From Pseudodesulfovibrio piezophilus C1TLV30 (GTDB lineage Bacteria > Desulfobacterota > Desulfovibrionia > Desulfovibrionales > Desulfovibrionaceae), in contig NC_020409.1 in the NCBI RefSeq assembly GCF_000341895.1, positions 2,910,001 to 2,942,000 of the forward strand: DNA of 32,000 nt. Direction: 5' to 3'. This document shows positions 8,868 to 17,626 of this stretch, in pieces. Within the stretch, counting starts at the first letter, position 1. Every line of letters starts with the position of its first letter. The notes beneath the pieces were generated by a model, which searched no databases, was not told the DNA's origin, and worked only from the letters and a program-made list of their open reading frames with translations. Made by a program: the position numbers and the translations under genes.

Positions 8868-9859
8868 CCAAGGCAAAAATATTGATCGTTGATGATCGAC
8901 CGGAAAATCTTTTGACACTCGAAAGTCTGCTCGACAATCCTGATGTGGATGTTATCCGTGCCAATTCGGGCGGTGAAGCATTGGCCAAGACTCTGGACCA
9001 CGACTTCGCGCTCGTTTTGTTGGATGTCCAGATGCCGGATATGGATGGGTATGAGGTTGCCGAGTTGATGCGTGGCAATAAGAATACGAGGAATATCCCG
9101 ATCATTTTCGTGACTGCGAAGGTCGATAACATGAATCAGGTCTTTCGAGGATATGAATCGGGTGCAGTGGATTATCTTTTCAAGCCCCTTGATGCCAAGG
9201 TTTTTCAGAGCAAAGTGGGTATTTTTCTGGACCTCTTTCGACAGAAAGCACAACTGGAGCAGAAGACCAGAGAACTGGATGCAAAAGTTGTGGAGCTGGA
9301 AGAATTGCAGCAGATTTTGGAAGAGACCAATGAGCAGCTTCGTTTGCTTTCTGCCATGGATGGCCTGACCGGATTGCTGAATCGCCGCCGTTTCGACGAA
9401 ATCCTTCAGGAGGAATGGCAGCGGTGCCTGCGTGATGGTTGTCCCTTGTCCCTGCTTTTGGTGGATATTGACCATTTCAAGGCGTACAATGATTCGTACG
9501 GGCACCTCATGGGGGACAATTGCCTCAAGAAAGTCTCAGGCATGTTGGCAAATTCACTCCAGCGTCATGTTGACAAAGTCGCCCGCTATGGAGGGGAGGA
9601 ATTTACCATTGTCCTACCCAGCACGGATGAAGAAGGTGCCATGCAAGTGGCGGAAAGAATGCGTGCCAATGTCGAGGAACTGGGCATTGAGCACTGTGAT
9701 TCAGACACATGTGGCAATGTTACTATCAGCGTCGGTGTGGGGAGCGTGATGCCCAAAGCGGACGGTTCATCGCATAATCTTTTGGATCAAGCTGACAAGG
9801 CGCTTTACAAGGCTAAAAAAGAAGGCCGGAATCGTTGTTGCACCATACGCCATTGCTAG
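8864..9859 (+). CDS. Response regulator diguanylate cyclase (REC - coiled coil - GGDEF)
   Basis: 331-aa ORF whose ATG overlaps the cheB stop (ATGA). Receiver motifs ILIVDD and LLDVQMPDMDG. Active site RYGGEEF with an RxxD I-site (RHVD) 5 residues upstream. Confidence 0.93.
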   Translation: MTKAKILIVDDRPENLLTLESLLDNPDVDVIRANSGGEALAKTLDHDFALVLLDVQMPDMDGYEVAELMRGNKNTRNIPIIFVTAKVDNMNQVFRGYESGAVDYLFKPLDAKVFQSKVGIFLDLFRQKAQLEQKTRELDAKVVELEELQQILEETNEQLRLLSAMDGLTGLLNRRRFDEILQEEWQRCLRDGCPLSLLLVDIDHFKAYNDSYGHLMGDNCLKKVSGMLANSLQRHVDKVARYGGEEFTIVLPSTDEEGAMQVAERMRANVEELGIEHCDSDTCGNVTISVGVGSVMPKADGSSHNLLDQADKALYKAKKEGRNRCCTIRHC

Positions 9860-9875
9860 ATTTTTTTGGTATGGG

Positions 9876-9923
9876 AAAAAGAAAAGGCGTGACAGAATAT
9901 TTCTGTCACGCCTTTTTATTTTC
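9876..9923. terminator. Bidirectional rho-independent terminator between convergent operons
   Basis: 12-bp perfect stem GGCGTGACAGAA (9886-9897) / TTCTGTCACGCC (9901-9912) with a 3-nt loop. It is flanked by an A-run upstream and TTTTTATTTT downstream, so it could terminate both strands. Confidence 0.75.
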
Positions 9924-9937
9924 TGTACAAGTCGTGG

Positions 9938-10921
9938 CTAGAGTCCCTTTTTGGGGTCAAAGTCCTGACCCAGAGCGGCTGGTGCTTCAATGGACCAGCC
10001 TTTTGAAAAGGATTTGAGGAAAGGATGGCGGCGAACAATATCCTGAATCCACCCCATGCGTCCCATGTTCACGGCCAGCAGGGTCAGAATCATCATTGGG
10101 AAGGGGGCAACTTGAAAGACCGGTGCCGGAATGGATGGGAAGATTTCTTGAAGGTAGATACCGGAAACCTGTAACCCGGCAAAAAAGAATGCTCCGAGTG
10201 CGGCCCGGACGGGGTGCCAGCCTCCGAAAATGACAATGGCCAGGGCGATCCACCCAGCTCCTTCACATCCCTGCGGTCGACCCCATCCGGTTTTTACCGC
10301 CAGGGAATATGCTGCACCAGCCATGCCGACCAGGGCTCCACCAGCGAGACAGTAAGAGAGTCGTACCAGACGGACTCGAATCCCTCGCCCGAAAGCCGCT
10401 CGTGGAGATTCTCCCACGGCGCGGAGGCGCATGCCTCCCTCGGTGCGATACATCCACCACCAACAGCCGAAAATAGCTGCAAGCCCCATGTATACCACAG
10501 GAGATTGAGAACCGAAGACAGGGCCAATGAGTGGTATGGAACCGATTCCCGGAATGATCCATAATCCGAGGTCCGGGCCCGGCTGGCGGGAGAAAGAGTG
10601 ACCCAGAAAGTAGGCCAGATCTCGGGAGAGCAGAGTCAGGATAAATCCAACAGCCAGTTGCGATTGGCCGAGATAGATGCCGATGACCCCAAGTATCCCG
10701 GCAATGGCCGCTCCTACGGCCATCCCTCCAAGGACACCGAGCCATGGGTTATCGAAGGTCGAAGAGATAGCGAAGGCCGTCATGGCAGCCAGCAGGATTG
10801 ATCCGTCCAGTGAGAGGTTGATGATACCGGCTTTTTCCGTGAGTGTTTCACCCAGGGTCGCCAATACCAGGGGAGCGCCTGCCAGTAAAATGGCCGCCAG
10901 AGTCAGACCGAAGGTTTCCAT
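9938..10921 (-). CDS. ABC transporter permease (BMP/nucleoside-sugar type)
   Basis: 327-aa highly hydrophobic multi-TM ORF. Its start overlaps the upstream permease stop by 1 nt (TAATG). Confidence 0.88.
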   Translation of the reverse strand: METFGLTLAAILLAGAPLVLATLGETLTEKAGIINLSLDGSILLAAMTAFAISSTFDNPWLGVLGGMAVGAAIAGILGVIGIYLGQSQLAVGFILTLLSRDLAYFLGHSFSRQPGPDLGLWIIPGIGSIPLIGPVFGSQSPVVYMGLAAIFGCWWWMYRTEGGMRLRAVGESPRAAFGRGIRVRLVRLSYCLAGGALVGMAGAAYSLAVKTGWGRPQGCEGAGWIALAIVIFGGWHPVRAALGAFFFAGLQVSGIYLQEIFPSIPAPVFQVAPFPMMILTLLAVNMGRMGWIQDIVRRHPFLKSFSKGWSIEAPAALGQDFDPKKGL

Positions 10922-11961
10922 TAATCAACCTCCCGGTGTTGTTGTATCCACAGGCGAATTCCCTGAACAATAAAGACCGAAAGGACCATAATTCCCTGAA
11001 TAACACCGGACAAGGATGAATCCAGTCCCAGTTGCAACGGAAGTTGGATGGAGCCGACATTGAGGATGGCAAAGAAAAGGCAGATGAAGGGCACCAACGA
11101 TAATCGGAAGGAAGCCATCATGCCGACCAGCAGGGCAGTATAGCCATAGTTGGATGAAATGGCTGGCAGAAGTCTGTGATAGACGCCGAGAACCTGGGTG
11201 GCTCCTGCCAATCCGGCCAAGGCGCCGCATATCATGAAGGATTGGAGAAGACGACGTCGCGGCCCGAGAGAGAAAAGGGTCGCGGCCTTGGGATTCTCTC
11301 CGACAGCACGCAATTTTAGTCCCCACTCAGTGCGGTGCATAAGAAAATATATGGCGAGAATGGCGGCACACGCCAAGGCGAGCGCAACTCCGCTGACTGA
11401 AAGTTTTCCCAGACGAGGGAGCCACAAGGAGAAATCAATCGGTTCTGTTCCGGACATGGAAGCAACGCCGGGCCGTTTCCATGGACCGAAAATAAGCCAG
11501 AGCGTAACCCCGAGCGCGACGAAATTCAGCCCTAGCCCTGAAAATATTTCGTGGACTCTTCCGAAAACCCTGAGGAGACCGGCAAGAAGCGCCCAAAAAG
11601 CTCCTCCGGCCATGGCTGCGAGCAGGGCCAAGGCAATCTGGAATGCCCCGCCATCATCATATGGTCGCAACGCCGCAGTAGCGAATATGGCTCCCATAAT
11701 AACCTGTCCTTCAACGCCGATATTCCAGAGCCTTGCTGTAAAGGGAATGAGCAGCCCCACAGAGCACAGGGTCAGGGGAACCCAGCCTGCCAGTACCCGG
11801 CCTATTTTGGACATGGATCCGACGCCACCCTTGAAAAGAACAAAGATGGTTTCGAATGGGGAAGCCCCGGAGGGTATCATGACCAGAATCGTCAAAAAAA
11901 GAGCCAGGGCCACAGCGGCCAGCAGCCATCCCACTTGTGTCAGGAGAGATTCTCGATTCAT
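10921..11961 (-). CDS. ABC transporter permease (BMP/nucleoside-sugar type)
   Basis: 346-aa multi-TM ORF with a 4-nt ATGA overlap with the upstream ATPase gene. Confidence 0.88.
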   Translation of the reverse strand: MNRESLLTQVGWLLAAVALALFLTILVMIPSGASPFETIFVLFKGGVGSMSKIGRVLAGWVPLTLCSVGLLIPFTARLWNIGVEGQVIMGAIFATAALRPYDDGGAFQIALALLAAMAGGAFWALLAGLLRVFGRVHEIFSGLGLNFVALGVTLWLIFGPWKRPGVASMSGTEPIDFSLWLPRLGKLSVSGVALALACAAILAIYFLMHRTEWGLKLRAVGENPKAATLFSLGPRRRLLQSFMICGALAGLAGATQVLGVYHRLLPAISSNYGYTALLVGMMASFRLSLVPFICLFFAILNVGSIQLPLQLGLDSSLSGVIQGIMVLSVFIVQGIRLWIQQHREVD

Positions 11962-13436
11962 CCTGCCTGCTCCATGACTTCATTAAAGGGCTTGCCTGCC
12001 ATGAGCGCTCCGACAACTTTTATTGAGGCGTCTTCCCGGTTCACGATTCCCGCAATGGCTCGGTCGTAAAAGACAATGATACGGTGGCTGTGCTCCAGGA
12101 CTTCATCCAGATCTGGTGAAAAGAAAATGAGGGATGCACCGTGAGCACACCGCCCTTTGAGATGATTCCAGACCTGTCTGGCGGAACCGGCATCCAAGCC
12201 GCGCGTGGGGTGTTCCATGAGCAGCAATTTGGTTTCGTCAGGGATCAGCGAGAGGAGCAAGCGTTGTTGATTTCCACCTGAAAGCTCACTGGCATTGGTG
12301 TCCGGGTGGGCGCGCAGGTTGAATCGGTCCATGCATTGGGTTTGGTAGAATTCGGTCAGATCACCTTTTCTTTCAGGAAAAGCAAGTTTGATATGTTCCA
12401 TGAGATTGAGGGCCGGAAAGAGAGCCATCTCTAATCTATCTGCCGGGACAAATTGAACTCCAGCTCTACGAAGTGTCGCGAAATCATTACTGGAATAATC
12501 TGTCTCATCCAGGGAAACTGCTCCAGAGGGCATCCTGTCCAGCCCACAGAGTCCGCGCAGGAAGAGTTCCTGGCCTGATCCGTCCAACCCCGCCAAACCG
12601 ATACATTCTCCTGGCTGCATGGAGAAATCCATGGGTCCCATGGAGTACTTTGGCCCGGCGAATGAAGTCTTGGACAAGGTTAATCGGGGAAGCTTCTTGT
12701 TCTTGTCAATTTCCGGGAGTGCATCAGCTTCTCCCTCGGCAGCGTCGCCGAACATGAGGGAGACAAGTTCCTTTTCCACATATGGCGGTTCTAGCGTGGA
12801 GACCAGTTGGCCTTGCCGCATGATGAAAATGGAATCAGCCATTTCATATGCTTCAGAAAGCTTGTGGGTGACCAGAATGATGGTGTGATTGTCCTCACGC
12901 GCCAACTTCATGAGCAGATCGAAGAGATCCTGTTTCTGTTCCGGTGTGATCCCGGTGGTTGGCTCATCGAGAATGAGGGTGGTTGCTCCGAGGTCGAGAA
13001 GGCGCAGGAGTTCGAGCAATTGCCTTTCTCCCACGGTCAATGAGGAGACCGGCTCATCCGGCAGAAAGCAGGCGTCCAGACGAAAAGACAGTTCCCCGAT
13101 AACATCAACGACTTCTTTTTTCGTCCTTTTGGGTGCACCTAGCTGAAAATTTTCCCAAACGGGCATGGCCGGAAAATCAAGAGGGTCCTGGTAAAGCATG
13201 CCAACACCGTGTTGTCGAGCCAACGCCGGAGTCAGAAACGAGCGTTTTTCATTGCGTATTGTCAGGGTTCCGGACGTTGGACGAGTATGACCTGCCAACA
13301 CGCGCATAAGTGTGGACTTGCCCGCGCCGTTTTCTCCGACAAGAGCGTAAATTCGGCCGGGTTCGAGAGTCAGGCTGATGCCGTCATTGGCCCGAACCCG
13401 GCCATAATGTTTGTGAATGTCTTTGAGGACTATCAT
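11958..13436 (-). CDS. ABC transporter ATP-binding protein with two fused ATPase domains
   Basis: 492-aa ORF. Domain 1: GENGAGKST, LTVGERQLLE, LILDEPT. Domain 2: degenerate P-loop GLDGSGQ, LSGGNQQRLLL, LLLMEHPTRGLD. This layout is typical of RbsA/NupA-type importers. Confidence 0.92.
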   Translation of the reverse strand: MIVLKDIHKHYGRVRANDGISLTLEPGRIYALVGENGAGKSTLMRVLAGHTRPTSGTLTIRNEKRSFLTPALARQHGVGMLYQDPLDFPAMPVWENFQLGAPKRTKKEVVDVIGELSFRLDACFLPDEPVSSLTVGERQLLELLRLLDLGATTLILDEPTTGITPEQKQDLFDLLMKLAREDNHTIILVTHKLSEAYEMADSIFIMRQGQLVSTLEPPYVEKELVSLMFGDAAEGEADALPEIDKNKKLPRLTLSKTSFAGPKYSMGPMDFSMQPGECIGLAGLDGSGQELFLRGLCGLDRMPSGAVSLDETDYSSNDFATLRRAGVQFVPADRLEMALFPALNLMEHIKLAFPERKGDLTEFYQTQCMDRFNLRAHPDTNASELSGGNQQRLLLSLIPDETKLLLMEHPTRGLDAGSARQVWNHLKGRCAHGASLIFFSPDLDEVLEHSHRIIVFYDRAIAGIVNREDASIKVVGALMAGKPFNEVMEQAG

Positions 13437-14612
13437 TTATTGAGGGCTGGAGAGTCCTTTCATACCTTCAAGCAGCTGAGGCATGTACCAAATCTGTTTG
13501 TCCGTGGCTGTTTCACCTGCTTTCAGGAACGGAGTGCCGTCCTGATAGTTGAGCGGACCAGTGAAAAGATCCAGGTCGCCGGACCCGAGCTGGGCGATGA
13601 ATTCATCAAGCTTGGCTCTGGTCTCGGAAGACATGCCGGGACCGGGCATGAAGCCAACGGGCGACTTGTCATGGTCATTGATATTTGCCCAGTACGGAGC
13701 ATCCCATTCAAAGGATGGCTCGTAATTCCCGTCCTGAACCTGTGTGACCAACCGCAGGAAGGTCGGTCCCCAATTGAAATAGGGAACGCCGAGGCAAATA
13801 TCGCCTTGGCCCTCACATCCTTTTTCATAATCGTATGGAAGTGCCCAGACCTGCTTGCCAGCCTCGCGGCGTTGCTTGGCGACTGTCACTGCCTCTGGGG
13901 TATCGATACCGGAGATAAGGACATCACAGCCGGAGTCGAAAAGGGAACCGGCTACCTGGGTCGGGTCCGCGGTAACACCGGGAATATTGAACCAGAATCC
14001 GATCCATTTGACGTTGAAAGTCAGGTCTTTGATATCCTTGCCACGGACTTTGGTCCATGCATGGACTGCTCCGAGATAGGCTGACGCGATAAGGCGGCGG
14101 GTCTCTTCATTGATAAGGGGGCCAACAACACCGATCTTGCCGGTTTGTGTGGTCATGGCGGCAGTAAAGCCAGCCATCATCTTGGAATATTCCATGCGGC
14201 CGAAGACATTTCCGAGATTTTCAGGTGCCTTTCCGGACCATACTGAGTCACCGGAAGCATGCACAAAAGTTGTTTCTGGATGCATGGCTGCGGCTTCGAG
14301 GATACCGTCTTTCATGTCGTCGGAGCCTGCGATGATCAGGTCTGCTCCTTTTTCAATCAGGTCGTCAGCGACCTGGGGGATAGTCAGGCCCGGACGGTCT
14401 GCCGGATTGACTTTGTCGAGGAAAATCATTTTGGCACCGGGCATGTGGGCTTCAACGTATTTGCCTCCCTCATATTGGGCCTGGCTGTAGCCTTTGTCAT
14501 TGTAGGGGCCGACCAGGATCAGACCAAGAGTAAAGTCCTTGGCCATGGCAAGTCCGGGCACGAGCAGCAAGGCCATGAGCGCCGAAGCGATCAGCAAGCG
14601 AAATTTTAACAT
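13437..14612 (-). CDS. BMP-family (basic membrane protein/PnrA-like) ABC substrate-binding protein
   Basis: 391-aa ORF. Signal peptide MLKFRLLIASALMALLLVPGLAMA. LGLILVGPYNDKGYSQAQYEGG resembles the N-terminal BMP motif. Its stop abuts the ATPase start. Confidence 0.82.
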   Translation of the reverse strand: MLKFRLLIASALMALLLVPGLAMAKDFTLGLILVGPYNDKGYSQAQYEGGKYVEAHMPGAKMIFLDKVNPADRPGLTIPQVADDLIEKGADLIIAGSDDMKDGILEAAAMHPETTFVHASGDSVWSGKAPENLGNVFGRMEYSKMMAGFTAAMTTQTGKIGVVGPLINEETRRLIASAYLGAVHAWTKVRGKDIKDLTFNVKWIGFWFNIPGVTADPTQVAGSLFDSGCDVLISGIDTPEAVTVAKQRREAGKQVWALPYDYEKGCEGQGDICLGVPYFNWGPTFLRLVTQVQDGNYEPSFEWDAPYWANINDHDKSPVGFMPGPGMSSETRAKLDEFIAQLGSGDLDLFTGPLNYQDGTPFLKAGETATDKQIWYMPQLLEGMKGLSSPQ

Positions 14613-14839
14613 CCTCTCCTCCAGTGTGAGCTGGCATCCTCCTTTTTTAGGGATGGATGGCTACCAGCAGTTCATTGTCAGGCCTGGTGTGCAGGCCACA
14701 CAAATGCAGGGAGCAGCCGGATGCCGATCCCGTGAAAAAAGCTATTCTTGGATTATGAAACGACGTGTGTCAACAACCGGGGGCGTTTTTCTGCCCGGAA
14801 GTGAAAAAGAGTTCCTTTTCGGTGTGTCATATCGTGTGT

Positions 14840-16138
14840 TCAGCCGATGAAAGGATTGAAGTATCCGTATTCAATCCAAGGTAATGCTTTTTTCAGTCGC
14901 TTTTTGAAGTTCATGAATCCCATGCATGGAGAATGACCAAAAGGTTTCATCAGATTCAAGTATAATTCGGGATCGAGATTGAGGTTACGCAACTGGACGA
15001 AATCGAATGTGCATCTCTCCCCTAGGTCGACCAGAGCATCGAACTCTTCTTCCGTGTCTGTGACGCCGGGAAAGTAAAGCAGGTTTAATGAGATGAAGAG
15101 GCCAACGTCATGAGCTTTAGCTATTGATTCATACACATCGTCAAAGGAATATCCCTTGGGTCGATAGTATGCTTCATAGGGGCCTTTCCGTGCAGAGTTC
15201 AGGCTGACACGGATGGAATTGACACCAGCTATTTTGAGTGCTGGCATCACTTGTGTCCTCGAACCGTTGGTATTGACGTTGACCGTCCCTGTTCCACCAT
15301 CTGCACGGTACGTTTTTACGGCATCGCAGATCAACTCTGCTTCCAGAAGAGGCTCTCCTTCGCATCCTTGGCCAAAAGAGAAAATCGGCCGGCGTTCACG
15401 GGATTCGTGGCGGCGCATGATCTGAACAATCTCATCCACTGTGGGAGTAAAACTGATCCGGCACTGCGGTGACGGAAATCCCGAGTCCTCTGGTTGAAGG
15501 GATATGCATCCGACACACTCCGCATTGCAGGTCTTGGAAGTGGGCAGAGGACATTCGAATCGCCCTAAAGCAAGATTACGGGCAGCAGGGCATCCACTGG
15601 TCAGAGCACAACCCGCCAGGTGTTTTACCAGCCGGTTGTCCGATAGTTCTCTAATCAGTTGGTGCGCGCCGGCCTCGATTCGGTCGGGCGGTATATGGGT
15701 GAAGACTTGTCGTTTGTCCTCATCAACTTTCTTGGCACAGACCCAGAATTTGCCATTGGCATACCCGATGGCTCCATAGGAGAGGAGTGGCAGAACAGGT
15801 GCGTCGTCATCGGCTTCGTACGCGGAAATCCCTGTCAGAGTATGGCCTGGGCTGGCAAAGGCAGCCACGGCGAGTTCTTCCATGACCTCTGCTTGTCCTG
15901 TTTCCTGATTATAGCCCATGGCATGTCGGCCGGGGAGCATGAAAAATTCTGATTCCGGCGGGAGCGGAGTGATTTCATCAGGCCTGGGGAGGCCGAATTC
16001 TTCTCCTCGACGACACATGAGGAGGAGGTCCGGGTGATCGTATATTTCGCCGTCAGGACTGGCGAAAAGCATTCGTGGCTGAGGCTTCTTCTTGGATGGC
16101 ATGGCCGTGATATACGGGACAGATGCTCGCTTGGGCAA
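14840..16138 (-). CDS. Radical SAM protein with an uncharacterised N-terminal domain of about 190 aa
   Basis: 432-aa ORF. CxxxCxxC motif CNAECVGC, followed by GQGCEGEPLL. The upstream Cys motif CALTSGCPAARN...FEC could bind an additional cluster. The start codon is uncertain (alternatives M13 and M23). Confidence 0.85.
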   Translation of the reverse strand: MPKRASVPYITAMPSKKKPQPRMLFASPDGEIYDHPDLLLMCRRGEEFGLPRPDEITPLPPESEFFMLPGRHAMGYNQETGQAEVMEELAVAAFASPGHTLTGISAYEADDDAPVLPLLSYGAIGYANGKFWVCAKKVDEDKRQVFTHIPPDRIEAGAHQLIRELSDNRLVKHLAGCALTSGCPAARNLALGRFECPLPTSKTCNAECVGCISLQPEDSGFPSPQCRISFTPTVDEIVQIMRRHESRERRPIFSFGQGCEGEPLLEAELICDAVKTYRADGGTGTVNVNTNGSRTQVMPALKIAGVNSIRVSLNSARKGPYEAYYRPKGYSFDDVYESIAKAHDVGLFISLNLLYFPGVTDTEEEFDALVDLGERCTFDFVQLRNLNLDPELYLNLMKPFGHSPCMGFMNFKKRLKKALPWIEYGYFNPFIG

Positions 16139-16280
16139 GAAATGATTCCATTTTATAACTTAAAAAGGGGCAGATGAGTGATATCTCCATGTGGGAGAGG
16201 TGAACTGAGGGGCAAGTTTTCTCTACGTGAAGCGCAGAAAGAGAGGCAGAGGGTGTGTTGCATTGGAAGAGATGACAACG

Positions 16281-16314
16281 CAGAAAGACCGACACCCCAT
16301 GGGGCGTCGGTCTT
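16281..16314 (-). terminator. Rho-independent terminator downstream of rpsI
   Basis: On the minus strand, AAGACCGACGCCCC / GGGGUGUCGGUCUU forms 14 pairs including one G-U that pairs only on this strand. UUCUG follows. It lies about 28 nt after the rpsI stop. Confidence 0.6.
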
Positions 16315-16341
16315 GACTTGTCTGCTGATCCTGGACTCGGC

Positions 16342-16731
16342 TTAGCGCTTGGAGTACTGGAAGCTGGCGCGTGCGCCGCGAAGACCGTACTTCTTACGCT
16401 CTTTCTTACGAGCGTCACGAGTCAGGAGGCCTGCGGGCTTCAAGACTGCGCGAAGTTCCGGGTCGATCTCACAGAGGGCGCGGGCAATGCCGTGGCGCAG
16501 GGCTTCGGCCTGACCGGAGACGCCGCCGCCGGAGCAGTTGGCCTTGATGTCGTACTTGTCGAGCATCTTGACCAGCTTCAGGGGTTGCTGCACAACCATC
16601 TGCAAGGTTTTACGGGGGAAGTAGTCCTCGAAAGGACGACCATTAACGGTGATCTGCCCGGTACCGGCATAAAGGCGGGTACGGGAGATGGCGTTTTTTC
16701 TTTTACCAGTGCTGTAAGTGAAATCGCTCAT
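16342..16731 (-). CDS. rpsI: 30S ribosomal protein S9
   Basis: 129-aa ORF ending in the diagnostic ...[16 protein letters not shown], directly downstream of rplM. Confidence 0.97.
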   Translation of the reverse strand: MSDFTYSTGKRKNAISRTRLYAGTGQITVNGRPFEDYFPRKTLQMVVQQPLKLVKMLDKYDIKANCSGGGVSGQAEALRHGIARALCEIDPELRAVLKPAGLLTRDARKKERKKYGLRGARASFQYSKR

Positions 16732-16743
16732 GATAATCCCCGA

Positions 16744-17172
16744 TTAAAAATCCAGAGTTGTAGGAGCCTGGGCAGCGTGCGGATGCTCGGAACCGGCGTA
16801 GACCTTCAGCTTTTTCAACTGCTGGGCTGCCAGCCTGTTCTTGGGCAACATACCCTTGACTGCGGCGGTGATGACGTTTTCAGGCTTCTTTTCCAACATC
16901 TCGCGCAGAGTCTTTTCTTTCAGACCGCCGGGATGGTTGGAGTGTTTATAGTACATTTTCTTGTCGAGTTTCTGGCCGGTGACTTTAATCTTGTCGGCGT
17001 TGATAACGACAATGAAGTCGCCCATATCCATATGGGGGGCGAACTCAGGCTTGTGCTTGCCACGCAACCGATTGGTAATCTCGGTGGCGAGACGGCCCAG
17101 AATTTTATCCGTAGCGTCGACTATGAACCATTCACGGTTCACGTCTTCCGGTGTCGGGCTATATGTCTTCAT
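16744..17172 (-). CDS. rplM: 50S ribosomal protein L13
   Basis: 142-aa [35 protein letters not shown] is the classical L13 N-terminus. AAGGAG RBS upstream. Confidence 0.97.
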   Translation of the reverse strand: MKTYSPTPEDVNREWFIVDATDKILGRLATEITNRLRGKHKPEFAPHMDMGDFIVVINADKIKVTGQKLDKKMYYKHSNHPGGLKEKTLREMLEKKPENVITAAVKGMLPKNRLAAQQLKKLKVYAGSEHPHAAQAPTTLDF

Positions 17173-17205
17173 AATAAATGCTCCTTGCGCAAACTAAGAG
17201 GAGGA

Positions 17206-17234
17206 CTTCTACGCATATAAAATGCGCATGTCAA
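17206..17234 (-). promoter_or_regulatory. Candidate sigma70-type promoter for rplM-rpsI
   Basis: Minus strand: TTGACA (17234-17229), 17-nt spacer, TAGAAG (17211-17206), about 30 nt upstream of the rplM ATG. Pattern match only. Confidence 0.35.
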
Positions 17235-17500
17235 CCTGTATGCATCGTATAATTTACGGTCGCGCGATCAGGTAAGCTGGAAACAGAAACTGGGTGTAAC
17301 GGGTGGCGCTTCTGCAACCGGTAGCTCTGACCGGGATGAATCACTTACCTGAAATAGATGCGGCAGACAAGCGTTATTTTTGGCGGAGAACCATTCTGTC
17401 GTGACAATTTCGTGAGTCGTTTTAAGCAGTGTATGAAGCGTGCTCAAGCACGTTATTTTGCCTTGTATATGAATCTCAGAGCGACGTCTGATTTCTTCTG

Positions 17501-17536
17501 AAAGGAAAATCCCCTGAAAACAGGTGTTTCCAGGGG
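17501..17536 (-). terminator. Rho-independent terminator downstream of alaS
   Basis: On the minus strand, CCCCUGGAAAC / GUUUUCAGGGG forms an 11-bp stem (one G-U, strand-specific) with a 4-nt loop, followed by AUUUUCCUUUC. It lies about 90 nt after the alaS stop. Confidence 0.6.
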
Positions 17537-17626
17537 AGAGATTCATGTTCACTGTCACTCTCTGGAACTTCGTACTGACCGGAGGGAGGCAGAGAGACGT
17601 CCCTTCATATCTTTCGTTGTTTCTTT

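Noticed and set aside
14613-14839. Possible purine or nucleoside riboswitch in the 227-nt leader of the BMP-family transporter.
   Set aside because: Only generic hairpins are present (for example GGCCTG-CACAC-CAGGCC on the minus strand). I could not recognise the conserved cores of the purine, PreQ1 or 2'-dG riboswitches. A covariance-model scan would settle it.
17268-17558. 96-aa minus-strand ORF in the alaS-rplM spacer.
   Set aside because: It reads straight through the alaS terminator hairpin and has no Shine-Dalgarno sequence or recognisable motifs. The region is treated as non-coding instead (see the finding at 17235-17500).
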